Assembly (NCBI GenBank): GCA_023416995.1 | Contig: JAEZGI010000044.1 | Location: 5,964 to 69,963, forward strand | Reading direction: 5' to 3' | Origin: Bacteroidota bacterium | GTDB taxonomy: Bacteria; Bacteroidota; Bacteroidia; Chitinophagales; Chitinophagaceae | DNA: 64,000 nucleotides | Part shown: piece by piece, positions 28,332 through 37,839 of the stretch | How positions within the stretch are numbered: position 1 is the first letter of the stretch | How the letters are laid out: each line of letters opens with the position of its first letter | Notes under the pieces: generated by a model | Database searches by the model: none | What the model was told of the DNA's origin: nothing | What the model saw: the letters and a program-made list of their open reading frames with translations, nothing else | Position numbers and translations under genes: made by a program

Positions 28332-29861
28332 ATGAAATCTACTATAACAAAAACGTTGCTGGTGTTGGTGATGGCGGTCGCAGTAACGATTGCCTGTAAC
28401 CGGCGATTAGATGTGCTGGATGAAAATAACCCGACCAGCGAAAGCTATTTTAAAACTGCAAATGAACTTCAAAATGGGGTCAACTCGGTGTACTCGATCC
28501 TTCGGTCAGGAAACATGCTTGCCCGTGAATGGTACACCTTGCATGATATGCGCGGGGGTGAATATGCTGCGGGCGGCCCCCAACTTGAAGCGCCACGCGC
28601 CGAGTTACTTGTGCAGCCTAAACCTGCTGCTACAAATTCTGTAATGACCAGCATCTGGAACGGTTGCTATCATATGATCAACCGTGCTAACCAGGTACTG
28701 GCAAAAGCACCGGATGTTACCGATAATGTACAGTTGCGGGACCGGGTTGCGGGAGAGGCAAAATTCCTTCGCGCCTGGGCTTATTTTGAATTGGTTTCAC
28801 AATGGGGTGATGTTCCGGTATATACTCAGCCAATTACATCGCCAACTGATTTCCAGGGTAAAACACCTGCAGCTGAAGTTTATAACATGATCATCACTGA
28901 CCTTACTGAGGCCGCACAGGCATTGCCAGAGTCATATGGTTCAGCAGACAATGGCCGTGCAACATCCGGCGCTGCTACTGCGCTGTTGGGTCGTGTTCTG
29001 ATTCAGAAAGGCGATTATGGTGGTGCAAGAACTGCACTGTTAACGCTTGTTGGAAAATATAGCCTCGTCGATAACTACCAGTGGAACTTTGATGGCGATG
29101 TGAGCAATGACGATGGTACCGCTGCCTTTGGAGGCCATGAGTTTAATGAAGAGTCTATTTTCGAAGTTGTATTCGTCGACAGGGGAGATGGAAGTTTCAA
29201 CTGGGGTTATACCGGCGAAGGTTCTACCAGCCCGCTCGCTAACGCCCGCACACAGGACTGGGGTAAAACCTGGGGTAACGTAATTCCATCTGACAGGTTG
29301 TTAAGTGAATATGAACCCAATGACCCACGTTATAAATTCACTATTTGGGAAGAAGGAGATCTGATCCTGACCCAGTCTACCTCTCAGGCGCCATATGCGC
29401 TGACTGCTGATGACATCAACACCACAACATCCAATAAAAATGGGGTGGTGAAAAAACGCTTCTTCAGAAAATACAATGTTTACGATTGGGTAAATTCCGG
29501 CAACCATTTTGGCGGGTTGAACCAACGTTTGCTCCGGTATGCTGATGTATTGCTGATGCTTGCGGAATGTGAAGCAGAAGTAGGTACTCCTGCACAAGCG
29601 GCTTTTTACATTAACCAGGTACGTGCAAGGCCTAGTGTTAATATGCCGCCTGTAACCCTTGCGTCAAAGGATGCTGCCATCAAAGCGGTTATTCATGAGC
29701 GTTGGGTAGAACTTGCAGCAGAGGAGATCATCAATATTGATGTTCTTCGTTGGAAGAAACAAGGTTATTATCCAGGCCTGCTTCCTGACCCAAGACCCGG
29801 GCAGGTAGATATGTTGCCCATCCCTGCCAGCGAGCTCTCCGCAAATCCTAAGTTGCAATAA
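28332..29861 (+). CDS. SusD/RagB-family outer membrane lipoprotein
   Basis: 509 aa. Lipoprotein signal (VTIACNRR). AKFLRAWAYFELVSQWGDVP, LLMLAECEAE, ERWVELAAEEIINIDVLRWKK. Confidence 0.92.
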   Translation: MKSTITKTLLVLVMAVAVTIACNRRLDVLDENNPTSESYFKTANELQNGVNSVYSILRSGNMLAREWYTLHDMRGGEYAAGGPQLEAPRAELLVQPKPAATNSVMTSIWNGCYHMINRANQVLAKAPDVTDNVQLRDRVAGEAKFLRAWAYFELVSQWGDVPVYTQPITSPTDFQGKTPAAEVYNMIITDLTEAAQALPESYGSADNGRATSGAATALLGRVLIQKGDYGGARTALLTLVGKYSLVDNYQWNFDGDVSNDDGTAAFGGHEFNEESIFEVVFVDRGDGSFNWGYTGEGSTSPLANARTQDWGKTWGNVIPSDRLLSEYEPNDPRYKFTIWEEGDLILTQSTSQAPYALTADDINTTTSNKNGVVKKRFFRKYNVYDWVNSGNHFGGLNQRLLRYADVLLMLAECEAEVGTPAQAAFYINQVRARPSVNMPPVTLASKDAAIKAVIHERWVELAAEEIINIDVLRWKKQGYYPGLLPDPRPGQVDMLPIPASELSANPKLQ

Positions 29862-29899
29862 TGTTGCTTTGAAAAGGCAATAGACAATTTGATAGTATA

Positions 29900-29934
29900 A
29901 AAAGGGGACCCGCAACATGGAGTCCCCTTTTTAT
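29900..29934 (+). terminator. Rho-independent terminator after SusD
   Basis: Stem aaaaggggac / gtcccctttt with a 12 nt loop, followed by a T run (ttttat). Confidence 0.75.
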
Positions 29935-29981
29935 ATAATTTAAACCCATCGTTTTCAAGAAGAGGAGGCAAAAATTATTAC

Positions 29982-32900
29982 ATGATACGTATCAACCCAT
30001 CTAACCCTTTGCTATTGTTTGTTATGATTGCGCTGTGTCTTTGTTCCTGTAAGGATCGGAAGGGCGAACTGCTGTTCAGCAAACTGGAAAGCGCAGCATC
30101 CGGAATTACATTCAGCAATGAATTGCATGATGATGATTCATCCTATTCGTTTATAAATGAATTTGGATACATGGGCGGGGGAGTTGGAATCGGCGACTTC
30201 AATAACGATGGATTAAAGGATATTGTTTTTACTGGTAACCAGGTAAGCAGCCGGTTGTATCTGAACCTTGGTAAAAACAAGTTTAAAGATATTACTGAGG
30301 AAGCGGGACTGAAAACAAACGACTGGTGTACTGGGGTTAGCATCGTAGACATAAACCAGGATGGTTTTGATGATATTTATATCAGCGTGTTTGGGAAGGA
30401 TCTAAAACACCGTTCAAGAAATCTCCTTTATATCAACAATCAAAAACTCGGGTTTACTGAATCCGCTGCACTGTATGGACTGGCAGATACAGGATTCTCA
30501 ACCCAGGCCGTGTTCTTTGATTATGACAGAGACGGCGACCTTGATATGTATCTTACCAATTATCTCCTCAGTCCAAATAACTCAAATGCTATTTACCCGC
30601 GTGACCGGTCGGGGTATTCTCCGGCTAACGACAGGTTGTATCGCAACGATGGTGACAGCGCGGGGCGTGGACATCCCATATTTTCTGATCAGACACTTGC
30701 AGCAAATATCCGTGAAGATGGATATGGCTTGGGTGTCTCAGTGAGTGATTTTAACAATGATGGCTGGCCCGATGTATATGTTGGAAATGACTTTATCTCG
30801 AATGACCTGCTATGGCAAAACAATAAAGACGGAACCTTTACCAATGTGATTGATGCAGCGCTCCGGCATCAATCTTATTCAAGTATGGGAACCGATGCAG
30901 CGGATCTTAATAACGACCTGCTGCCCGATATTGTGTCGCTCGACATGCTACCCGAAACAAATGAGCGGAAGAAAAACACATTTTCGTTTATGACCTATGA
31001 ACGCTATGAGTCGGAAAGACGCATGGGCTATGAACCGGAATTCATGCGAAATATGTTGCAACTAAATAATGGAAATATCAAAACACCTGGTAATACTATA
31101 CCTCTTTTCAGTGAGATCGGAAGACTCGCTAACATACATGCAACTGACTGGAGTTGGAGTGTGTTATTAGCGGACTTCAATAACGATGGATGGAAAGACA
31201 TGCATATAACAAACGGTATTGGCCGCGATTTTATTAATGCTGATTTTCTTGAATTCAGTAACGGTATCTATAGTAATAATCTCAATAAAGAAGAAAAACA
31301 AAAAGCGATTCAAAAAAAGCTCGCTTCCCTTGATAATGTAAACCTGCCAAACTATCTGTACCTGAACAACAAAGCGCTACAGTTTATTGATTATTCAAAA
31401 CAAGCTGGAGTTGATGAGCCATCCATGTCTAACGGCGCAGCTTTTGCCGACCTTGATAATGATGGTGATCTTGACCTGGTGGTTAACAATATCAATAAAC
31501 CGGCGTTTGTGTTCATCAATAATACCAACGGCCCGACAGCATCTGAAAAAACACATTATTTAAAAGTAAAGCTAGCAGGTGACTCTGTCAACCGTCGTGG
31601 GTTTGGTACCAAAGTTTTTGCCTATCAGGCCGGTATCGCGCAATCGATTGAACAAAACCCGGTGAGAGGTTATTTTTCATCCGTTGACCAGGATTTATTG
31701 ATCGGTCTGGGTGAATCAGCCAGGGTTGATTCGTTGAAGGTTATATGGCCAGATGGACGCCTCCAGTTGTTACATGCGTTGAATACTGATACCATTCTTA
31801 CACTTTCCTGGAAAGATGCATCGGCAGCTGATTTGAACACAACGGGCGAGCCGGCAGTTCTTTTTACAGATGTCAGTAATTCGGGAGGGTTATCATACAT
31901 ACACCAGGAAAGCCCGTTCAATGACTATGTGAACCAACGATTACTGCCGCAAAAATATTCGCAACTGGGACCATTTATTGCAACCGGTGATATTAACGGT
32001 GATAAGCTGACCGACTTTTTTATCGGAGGCGCATTCAATTCATCCGGTAAGGTATTCACTCAAAATAATCTTTCGCAGTTCAGGGGAATGAACCTTGTTG
32101 ACAGTATAAAATACGCTGAAGACCAGGCATCGCTTTTCTTTGATGCTGATGGTGACGGCGACAATGATCTTTTTGTCACCAGCGGAGGTATGCAATACGA
32201 CAGCGCATCCCCATATTATCAACCCAGGTTATATCTGAACAATGGCACCGGGAAATTTGCTTTGCAGGCGGCTGCCATCCCTCCAGACGTGAAAACAATA
32301 GCTGGTTGCGTTAGTGCAGCCGATTACGATAATGATGGAGACCTGGACATATTCATAGGCGGAAGGGTTTCGACCACTTATCCGCTTTCGCCGCGTAGTT
32401 ATATACTACAGAACAATAGTGGCGTATTCACAGATGTCACAGAAACTGTTAGTCCCGTCTTAAAACACCCAGGTATGCTAACGGCTTCGGTATGGACAGA
32501 TTTCGACGGCGATGGCCAGCTGGACCTGGTGCTGGCAGGGGAATGGATGTCGTTGCGATTCTTTAAGAACCAGTCTGGCCGGTTAACCGAAGTCACTGCA
32601 ACCACGGGCTTAACAACGATCAATGGTATGTGGAGAAGTCTCAAAGCAGTCGATATAGATAACGATGGTGATGTTGACCTGGTTGCCGGCAATCTTGGTC
32701 TGAATTGTGAGTATAGTGTTACTGCAGAAACGCCGATGCATTTGTTTGCAACAGACCTGGACGATAATGGAAGTATTGATCCGTTCTTCTTTTATCATAT
32801 CCGTGATGAGAACGGAAAAACCCGCCTCGTACCCGGTTATGGCCGGGCAAGACTGTCAGAACAGGTTCCGGCCCTGAAAAAGAAATATTTGTTGCACAAA

Positions 32901-33368
32901 GATTTTGCAAAGGCAGGTTACGACGAAATCTTTAAAGGAAAACCAGCAGAATCTATTCAGTCGTTTAAATGCGATGAAATAAGAACCTGTTGGTTTGAAA
33001 ACCTTGGTGGCGGCAAATTCAAAAAACATGTACTGCCGGTGGAGGCGCAGTTTTCTGCAGTAAACGCAATCATCTGTGATGATCTGGATGGTGACGGCAT
33101 CCGGGATCTTTTAATCGCGGGCAATGAATACCAGATTGAAGTCATGACCGGGCGCTATGACGCTTCTTATGGATGTTTTCTCAAAGGCAATAACGACAAA
33201 ACTTTCAGTCCTTATTCGCCGGAGCGTTCAGGTTTTATTCTTGGCGGTGATGTTAAAGATCTGGCGATGATTCAGCTTGGCGATGGAAATAAATTAATTA
33301 TTGCGGCAGTGAATAATGATACGATGCGAACTTTCAGAATAAACACAATGCCCGTTCCGGTTAAATAA
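29982..33368 (+). CDS. Large lipoprotein with FG-GAP/VCBS repeats and an ASPIC/UnbV domain (CRTAC1-like)
   Basis: 1128 aa. Lipobox LCLCSC. Many repeats of the D.N.DG..D..V type (DFNNDGLKDIVF, DINQDGFDDIYI, DYDRDGDLDMYL, DLDNDGDLDLVV, DADGDGDNDLFV, DIDNDGDVDLVAGN). UnbV/ASPIC-like segment RRGFGTKVFAYQAG..NPVRGYFSSVDQDLLIGLG....DSLKVIWPDG. Confidence 0.85.
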   Translation: MIRINPSNPLLLFVMIALCLCSCKDRKGELLFSKLESAASGITFSNELHDDDSSYSFINEFGYMGGGVGIGDFNNDGLKDIVFTGNQVSSRLYLNLGKNKFKDITEEAGLKTNDWCTGVSIVDINQDGFDDIYISVFGKDLKHRSRNLLYINNQKLGFTESAALYGLADTGFSTQAVFFDYDRDGDLDMYLTNYLLSPNNSNAIYPRDRSGYSPANDRLYRNDGDSAGRGHPIFSDQTLAANIREDGYGLGVSVSDFNNDGWPDVYVGNDFISNDLLWQNNKDGTFTNVIDAALRHQSYSSMGTDAADLNNDLLPDIVSLDMLPETNERKKNTFSFMTYERYESERRMGYEPEFMRNMLQLNNGNIKTPGNTIPLFSEIGRLANIHATDWSWSVLLADFNNDGWKDMHITNGIGRDFINADFLEFSNGIYSNNLNKEEKQKAIQKKLASLDNVNLPNYLYLNNKALQFIDYSKQAGVDEPSMSNGAAFADLDNDGDLDLVVNNINKPAFVFINNTNGPTASEKTHYLKVKLAGDSVNRRGFGTKVFAYQAGIAQSIEQNPVRGYFSSVDQDLLIGLGESARVDSLKVIWPDGRLQLLHALNTDTILTLSWKDASAADLNTTGEPAVLFTDVSNSGGLSYIHQESPFNDYVNQRLLPQKYSQLGPFIATGDINGDKLTDFFIGGAFNSSGKVFTQNNLSQFRGMNLVDSIKYAEDQASLFFDADGDGDNDLFVTSGGMQYDSASPYYQPRLYLNNGTGKFALQAAAIPPDVKTIAGCVSAADYDNDGDLDIFIGGRVSTTYPLSPRSYILQNNSGVFTDVTETVSPVLKHPGMLTASVWTDFDGDGQLDLVLAGEWMSLRFFKNQSGRLTEVTATTGLTTINGMWRSLKAVDIDNDGDVDLVAGNLGLNCEYSVTAETPMHLFATDLDDNGSIDPFFFYHIRDENGKTRLVPGYGRARLSEQVPALKKKYLLHKDFAKAGYDEIFKGKPAESIQSFKCDEIRTCWFENLGGGKFKKHVLPVEAQFSAVNAIICDDLDGDGIRDLLIAGNEYQIEVMTGRYDASYGCFLKGNNDKTFSPYSPERSGFILGGDVKDLAMIQLGDGNKLIIAAVNNDTMRTFRINTMPVPVK

Positions 33369-33373
33369 AAAGG

Positions 33374-33435
33374 AAAAGCCTCGAAACCTGGCCGGATAAT
33401 CAGGGATTATCTTAGCCCGGGTTTTGAGGCTTTTT
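33374..33435. terminator. Bidirectional terminator hairpin between convergent genes
   Basis: A 15 bp stem with one G-U pair, aaaagcctcgaaacc (33374-33388) / ggttttgaggctttt (33420-33434), with an inner gataatc/gattatc hairpin. T runs lie on both strands. Confidence 0.75.
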
Positions 33436-33454
33436 CGTGTTTGAAATCTTCCTG

Positions 33455-34996
33455 CTATTTAAGTTCCAATACTACTACACTTACTGGCGGTAGTTGAATA
33501 GAAAGTTTGTTTTTTGTGAGTTTTGCGTCGTTGAAAGCAGCTGGTTGAATTTTATCAGGTTGCTGGAAGCTGTTGTAATCCTGCATTGACCCGGCTTTAA
33601 GAATTCTACCGGTTATTGACTTATATTCTGCTCCGTTAACTGACACGTTGATGCTATGAGATTTCTTCGGATCAATGTTTACCAGGGTAATATGCGTTAC
33701 TCCATTGCTGTCGCGTGAAGCAGAAGCATTTACGGCCTTGAGTTTCTCTGTCCCTAACTGGTAGTCTGCACTGGTGATTGTTATCGGTAACAACAGGGCG
33801 TCGTGATGCACATTATACATCTCCATTACATGGTAGGTAGGAGTTAAGAGCATTTTCTCTCCTTCTGTTAAGATAACTGCCTGAAGTACGTTCACTATCT
33901 GGGCGAGGTTAGCCATCTTCACCCGATCGGCATGGTTATTAAATATATTCAGGCTGCTTCCCGCGATCATTGCATCGCGCATGGTGTTTTGTTGAAAAAG
34001 GAAGGCAGGGTTTGTACCTGGTTCAACTTCGTACCAACCGCCCCATTCATCTACTGCCAGATGTTTGGTTTTTTTCGGATCATATTTATCCATGATCGCT
34101 TTGTGTTTGGTAATCAGTTCATCCATCTTCAACGCTTCTCTCATAGTTGCGAAATATTCTTTTTCGCTGAAGTTTGTAGAGGGTCCTTTCTTACTCCAGT
34201 TGATGACACTGTAGTGGTGAAGGCCCAGCGCCTCGAACATTGCCGGTGGCAGTTCTTTCATCAACACTTCGGTCCAATGGTAATCGTCTCCACTGGCACC
34301 ACTCGCGATTCTATAGAATGGCACTTTGTTGGACGCCGGCGTCATGAACGTGGCATACTGGCGATAAATATTGGCATAATATTCAACCTTCATGTTGCCA
34401 CCGCAACCCCAGGCTTCGTTGCCGAGACCCCAGAAAGGTACGTTCCATGGTTTGTCCCTTCCATTCGCTTCACGCATTTCCGGCATTGGGCTGCTTCCGT
34501 TCGGATGGGTGGTATATTTTATCCAGTCGCTCAACTCGCCGGGGGTACCGCTACCAACGTTGCCACTCAGGTAGGGTACTGCGCCAATTTCTTCACACAT
34601 GTTTAGAAACTCGTTGGTGCCAAAGCTGTTGTCTTCCTTGGTATTTCCCCACCATACGTTCAGCATACTTGGCCTGCTTTCTTTGGGACCCACACCATCG
34701 CGCCAATGGTAAGTGTCAGCAAAACATCCACCTGGCCAACGTAACACGGGCACTTTCATTTTTTTTAATGCGGCTATGATATCCAGTCTTATCCCGTTTT
34801 TATTGGGAATAGCAGTGTTACTGTCGCCTACATAAAGCCCATCATAAATACATCGTCCCAGGTGTTCGGAAAAATGTCCGTAGATATTTCTATTGATGGT
34901 GTCCCTGGCTTTGGTAACATCGATAGAAATTGAATTCTGACTATGTCCCGCCACGGTTAAGGTTAATAATGCTGGTACCAAAAGAGATCTGATCAT
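33455..34996 (-). CDS. GH51 alpha-L-arabinofuranosidase, exported
   Basis: 513 aa. Signal peptide MIRSLLVPALLTLTVAGHSQ. GH51 motifs NIYGHFSEHLGRCIYDGLYVG, LRWPGGCFADTYHWRDGVGP and the acid/base region WGLGNEAWGCGG. C-terminal beta-sandwich. Confidence 0.88.
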   Translation of the reverse strand: MIRSLLVPALLTLTVAGHSQNSISIDVTKARDTINRNIYGHFSEHLGRCIYDGLYVGDSNTAIPNKNGIRLDIIAALKKMKVPVLRWPGGCFADTYHWRDGVGPKESRPSMLNVWWGNTKEDNSFGTNEFLNMCEEIGAVPYLSGNVGSGTPGELSDWIKYTTHPNGSSPMPEMREANGRDKPWNVPFWGLGNEAWGCGGNMKVEYYANIYRQYATFMTPASNKVPFYRIASGASGDDYHWTEVLMKELPPAMFEALGLHHYSVINWSKKGPSTNFSEKEYFATMREALKMDELITKHKAIMDKYDPKKTKHLAVDEWGGWYEVEPGTNPAFLFQQNTMRDAMIAGSSLNIFNNHADRVKMANLAQIVNVLQAVILTEGEKMLLTPTYHVMEMYNVHHDALLLPITITSADYQLGTEKLKAVNASASRDSNGVTHITLVNIDPKKSHSINVSVNGAEYKSITGRILKAGSMQDYNSFQQPDKIQPAAFNDAKLTKNKLSIQLPPVSVVVLELK

Positions 34997-35068
34997 GCTA
35001 AATTTTTGAAGGTTTTCGAATGGCAGTTGTTTAATTATTTCTGCGCGGAGCCTGTATCAACAGGATTT

Positions 35069-35098
35069 CAAATCTAAGATTTTTGAAATCGATTGCAA
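35069..35098 (-). promoter_or_regulatory. Bacteroidota-type promoter (TTG-N19-TAGATTTG) for the GH51 gene, overlapped by a LacI-family operator (35084-35097)
   Basis: The minus strand reads cTTGCAATCGATTTCAAAAATCTTAGATTTG. TAGATTTG (35076-35069) fits the -7 consensus TAnnTTTG. TTG (35098-35096) lies 19 nt upstream. The 13/14 palindrome TGCAATCGATTTCA spans the spacer. The site lies in the 138 nt gap between the lacI-family stop and the GH51 ATG. Confidence 0.7.
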
Positions 35099-35134
35099 GA
35101 GTTTTTCAATTAAAAAATCTACTGCAATAATCTG

Positions 35135-36172
35135 TTATTTTTTTTGTTTGTTTTTTATAGAAGATTCCCTGATCACCAGGTCCGAATCAACAATGATGGT
35201 TTTTGTCTGTGTGGTTTCATTGCCGCCTTTAAGACAATCAATCAGGTGCCGGGCGGTGACTTCTCCCATAGTTTGCCCGGGATAGTTTATCGTGGTAAGG
35301 GTGGGTTCAATGAGTTCGCCGATCGCATCGTTATTAAACCCGACAACCGCGATATCACCGGGAACCGAGATGCCATGCGATTTCAGTGTTTTAATGACAA
35401 CCGCCGCAACAAAATCGTTCGTGATAAAAATGCCGTCGGGCAGAGGTTTTAATTTCAGAACCTGATTTGCCGCTTCAACACCAGATGCCAGGGTAAGATC
35501 CTTTATTATCAGCAGCTCTTTTTTAAAACTTTGTTTTGCAGAATCGAGCCCCCGTTTATAGCCATTGAACCGTTGTGAGTACACGTTTCGTTTAAGGGTG
35601 GAGGTGATATGGGCAATCCGTTTGCATCCCTGGTCAATCAGATGCCGGGTCGCAATGTATCCGCATTGCTCGTTATCAATTACCACTACGGTGCGTTTGC
35701 CATCCTGTTCAACACGATCAAAAAATACGACAGGAACGCCCTTCTGGTAAAAGGCATCAAAATGATCGAGATTTGTTGTTTCGAAAGAAAGCGAAGCGAT
35801 GAGACCGTCTACCCGTTTGTCAAACAGGTTTTTTACGTTGGCAATTTCCTGTGAAATATTTTCTGATGAGTGGGTTATGATCAGATCATATCCTTCTGCT
35901 GTTGCCACGCTTTCTATACCGGCCAGCACAGACGTAATGAAACTACTTTTCAATTCGTGCACAAGCACACCTATGGTTTTTGAACGCTGGCTGCGGAGGT
36001 TACGGGCAAAATGATTTGTTCGGTAGCCCAGATTAACAGCGAGATCCAGGATCCTTTTTTTTGTTTTGTCGTTTACCGCAGGATGATCCTGTAGCGCGCG
36101 GCTGACAGTAGCTGCAGAAAGTTTGAGCTTTTCTGCAATATCATAGATGGTTATCTCCCGGCGATTGGTCAT
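35135..36172 (-). CDS. LacI-family transcriptional regulator
   Basis: 345 aa. N-terminal HTH ITIYDIAEKLKLSAATVSRALQDHPAVNDKTKKRILDLAVNLGYRTN, followed by a periplasmic-binding-protein-like sugar-binding fold. Confidence 0.92.
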   Translation of the reverse strand: MTNRREITIYDIAEKLKLSAATVSRALQDHPAVNDKTKKRILDLAVNLGYRTNHFARNLRSQRSKTIGVLVHELKSSFITSVLAGIESVATAEGYDLIITHSSENISQEIANVKNLFDKRVDGLIASLSFETTNLDHFDAFYQKGVPVVFFDRVEQDGKRTVVVIDNEQCGYIATRHLIDQGCKRIAHITSTLKRNVYSQRFNGYKRGLDSAKQSFKKELLIIKDLTLASGVEAANQVLKLKPLPDGIFITNDFVAAVVIKTLKSHGISVPGDIAVVGFNNDAIGELIEPTLTTINYPGQTMGEVTARHLIDCLKGGNETTQTKTIIVDSDLVIRESSIKNKQKK

Positions 36173-36215
36173 TCAGCAAAAGATTGACACAAAGTAAATG
36201 TTTTATTAGATTGAA

Positions 36216-37820
36216 TCATTTTGGTGGGTGAGCAGCGGTTATCCGAAAATAGTCAAAGTCTGAATGCCCACCGGTTTCAATGGTTGAATAGTTAAACAAC
36301 GCGAAGCGGTAACCCATGAATTGTGGTATGGTGTACGACATTTTCAGGGGAGTTCCCAAGGGTTTCCAGGTCTCACCATCCAGGCTATAGAAAAAATGAG
36401 CAATGTCTTTTTTGTCTGTAAAATCACAATCAGCTCTTAGGTAAATCCTATTCTGATTTAGTGGAATTGTTTCGAGTACTTCTTCTTTACCCGAAGCGGC
36501 GTTAACCGCAACTATTGTTCTTCCATTACCGGTTATTTTGACGCCTGCTAAGCCGTATTTGCTTTGTAGTAATCCAAGTCCTGCAAAGTCGCCGTTTTTC
36601 ATTGCAGAAATGTCAAGCGCAACAGTACCGGAACAAGTGGGACCAATCGTGCGTTGTGTGAGTGTATTTCGGGCGAGCAGGAATGAGGTGTCTATCCGGT
36701 CGGTTTTCAACCGAAGAAAACCGGCGCGTTCCCTTACTGACCAGAGCTTGTTTTCAGGATTATGGTTCCATTGCCAAACAAGCGGCAGGTCGTTGTCTTT
36801 TTTACTTCTCGTAAATTCATCAGAATGTACAATTCCGGGTATCAATGGCTTATTTGCGGGCCTGTTGAGGCTTTCTGGTAATTTGCCATTTATACCCAGC
36901 ACGGGCCAGCCGTCCTGCCAGGTAACCGGAACGAGGTAGGGGATACGGCCAACTGATCCAAAATCACGAAACAGATAGGCATACCATTCACCACCCGGTG
37001 TATCGATAAGGCCGCCTTGAGCCACACCGAGATCCTGGAATACTACCCGGCCCTCCCAGGGGCCGTCAATTTTATCTGCCCGATGGATGATCACCGTTCT
37101 CATACCGCCCCGCGGCCAACTGATATTAAAAAGATAGTACTTCCCGTTTACTTTAAAGAGTTGAGAACCTTCAGCAGGAAGTCCGGCAGTGGCACGGGTA
37201 GGTGCCGTGGCGTTTTCGATCAGCACTCGTTCGGTGCCCGGTTTTACGCCCGTGAGATCTTCCTTCAATTCTACAATGCTGAGTTTCCCTGCTCCCCAGA
37301 TCAGATACACCTTTCCATTATCATCAAAATAGATAGTGTTATCATGATAGGAGGGTGAAAACTCAAGTCTTTTCCACGGGCCCTTCTCTATGTTTTTTGT
37401 TGAGAATATATAAGTCTTTCCAGTGGTTTGCGCAAAGGTTGAAACATAGAATTGTTTATTGTGATATCGTAGCGAACTTGCCCAGGACCCGCGACCATAG
37501 GTGCTTTTGCCGTTGTTAAGATTTAATTCATCTATGTTGGCCAGCGTATCATAAGCATAACCGATCATCTGCCAGTTAACAAGGTCGGCCGATTTCATAA
37601 TCGGCAAACCCGGACTCATGTGCATAGTAGTGCTGCTCATGTAATAATTGTTTCCAACACGAATGATGGACGGGTCAGGAACATCAGCAAAGATCACAGG
37701 ATTTTTACCCTGTTGGGCCGTTGTAATAGCAGGGGTGAAAAATAACCCGACTATCAATAATCGGGTTATCATCAGAAAGTTTTTATGACACGTAAAAGTT
37801 TGTACTCGTATAATACTCAT
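36216..37820 (-). CDS. GH43 glycoside hydrolase (beta-xylosidase / alpha-L-arabinofuranosidase type) with a C-terminal concanavalin-like domain, exported
   Basis: 534 aa. NPVIFADVPDPSIIRVGNNYYMSSTTMHMSPGLPIMKSADLVNW, PAEGSQLFKVNGKYYLF and GVAQGGLIDTPGGEWYAYLF are typical GH43 five-bladed propeller motifs. An alternative ATG at 37772 (MITRLLIVGLFF) gives a cleaner signal peptide. Confidence 0.88.
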   Translation of the reverse strand: MSIIRVQTFTCHKNFLMITRLLIVGLFFTPAITTAQQGKNPVIFADVPDPSIIRVGNNYYMSSTTMHMSPGLPIMKSADLVNWQMIGYAYDTLANIDELNLNNGKSTYGRGSWASSLRYHNKQFYVSTFAQTTGKTYIFSTKNIEKGPWKRLEFSPSYHDNTIYFDDNGKVYLIWGAGKLSIVELKEDLTGVKPGTERVLIENATAPTRATAGLPAEGSQLFKVNGKYYLFNISWPRGGMRTVIIHRADKIDGPWEGRVVFQDLGVAQGGLIDTPGGEWYAYLFRDFGSVGRIPYLVPVTWQDGWPVLGINGKLPESLNRPANKPLIPGIVHSDEFTRSKKDNDLPLVWQWNHNPENKLWSVRERAGFLRLKTDRIDTSFLLARNTLTQRTIGPTCSGTVALDISAMKNGDFAGLGLLQSKYGLAGVKITGNGRTIVAVNAASGKEEVLETIPLNQNRIYLRADCDFTDKKDIAHFFYSLDGETWKPLGTPLKMSYTIPQFMGYRFALFNYSTIETGGHSDFDYFRITAAHPPK

Positions 37821-37839
37821 TACTGGCTGTATAGTTTTT

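Noticed and set aside
33932-34606. A 224 aa ORF on the plus strand, antisense to the GH51 gene
   Set aside because: It lies entirely within a confidently assigned minus-strand gene. Its translation is Arg/His/Phe/Cys-rich with no recognisable motif, which is typical of the mirror frame of a real gene.
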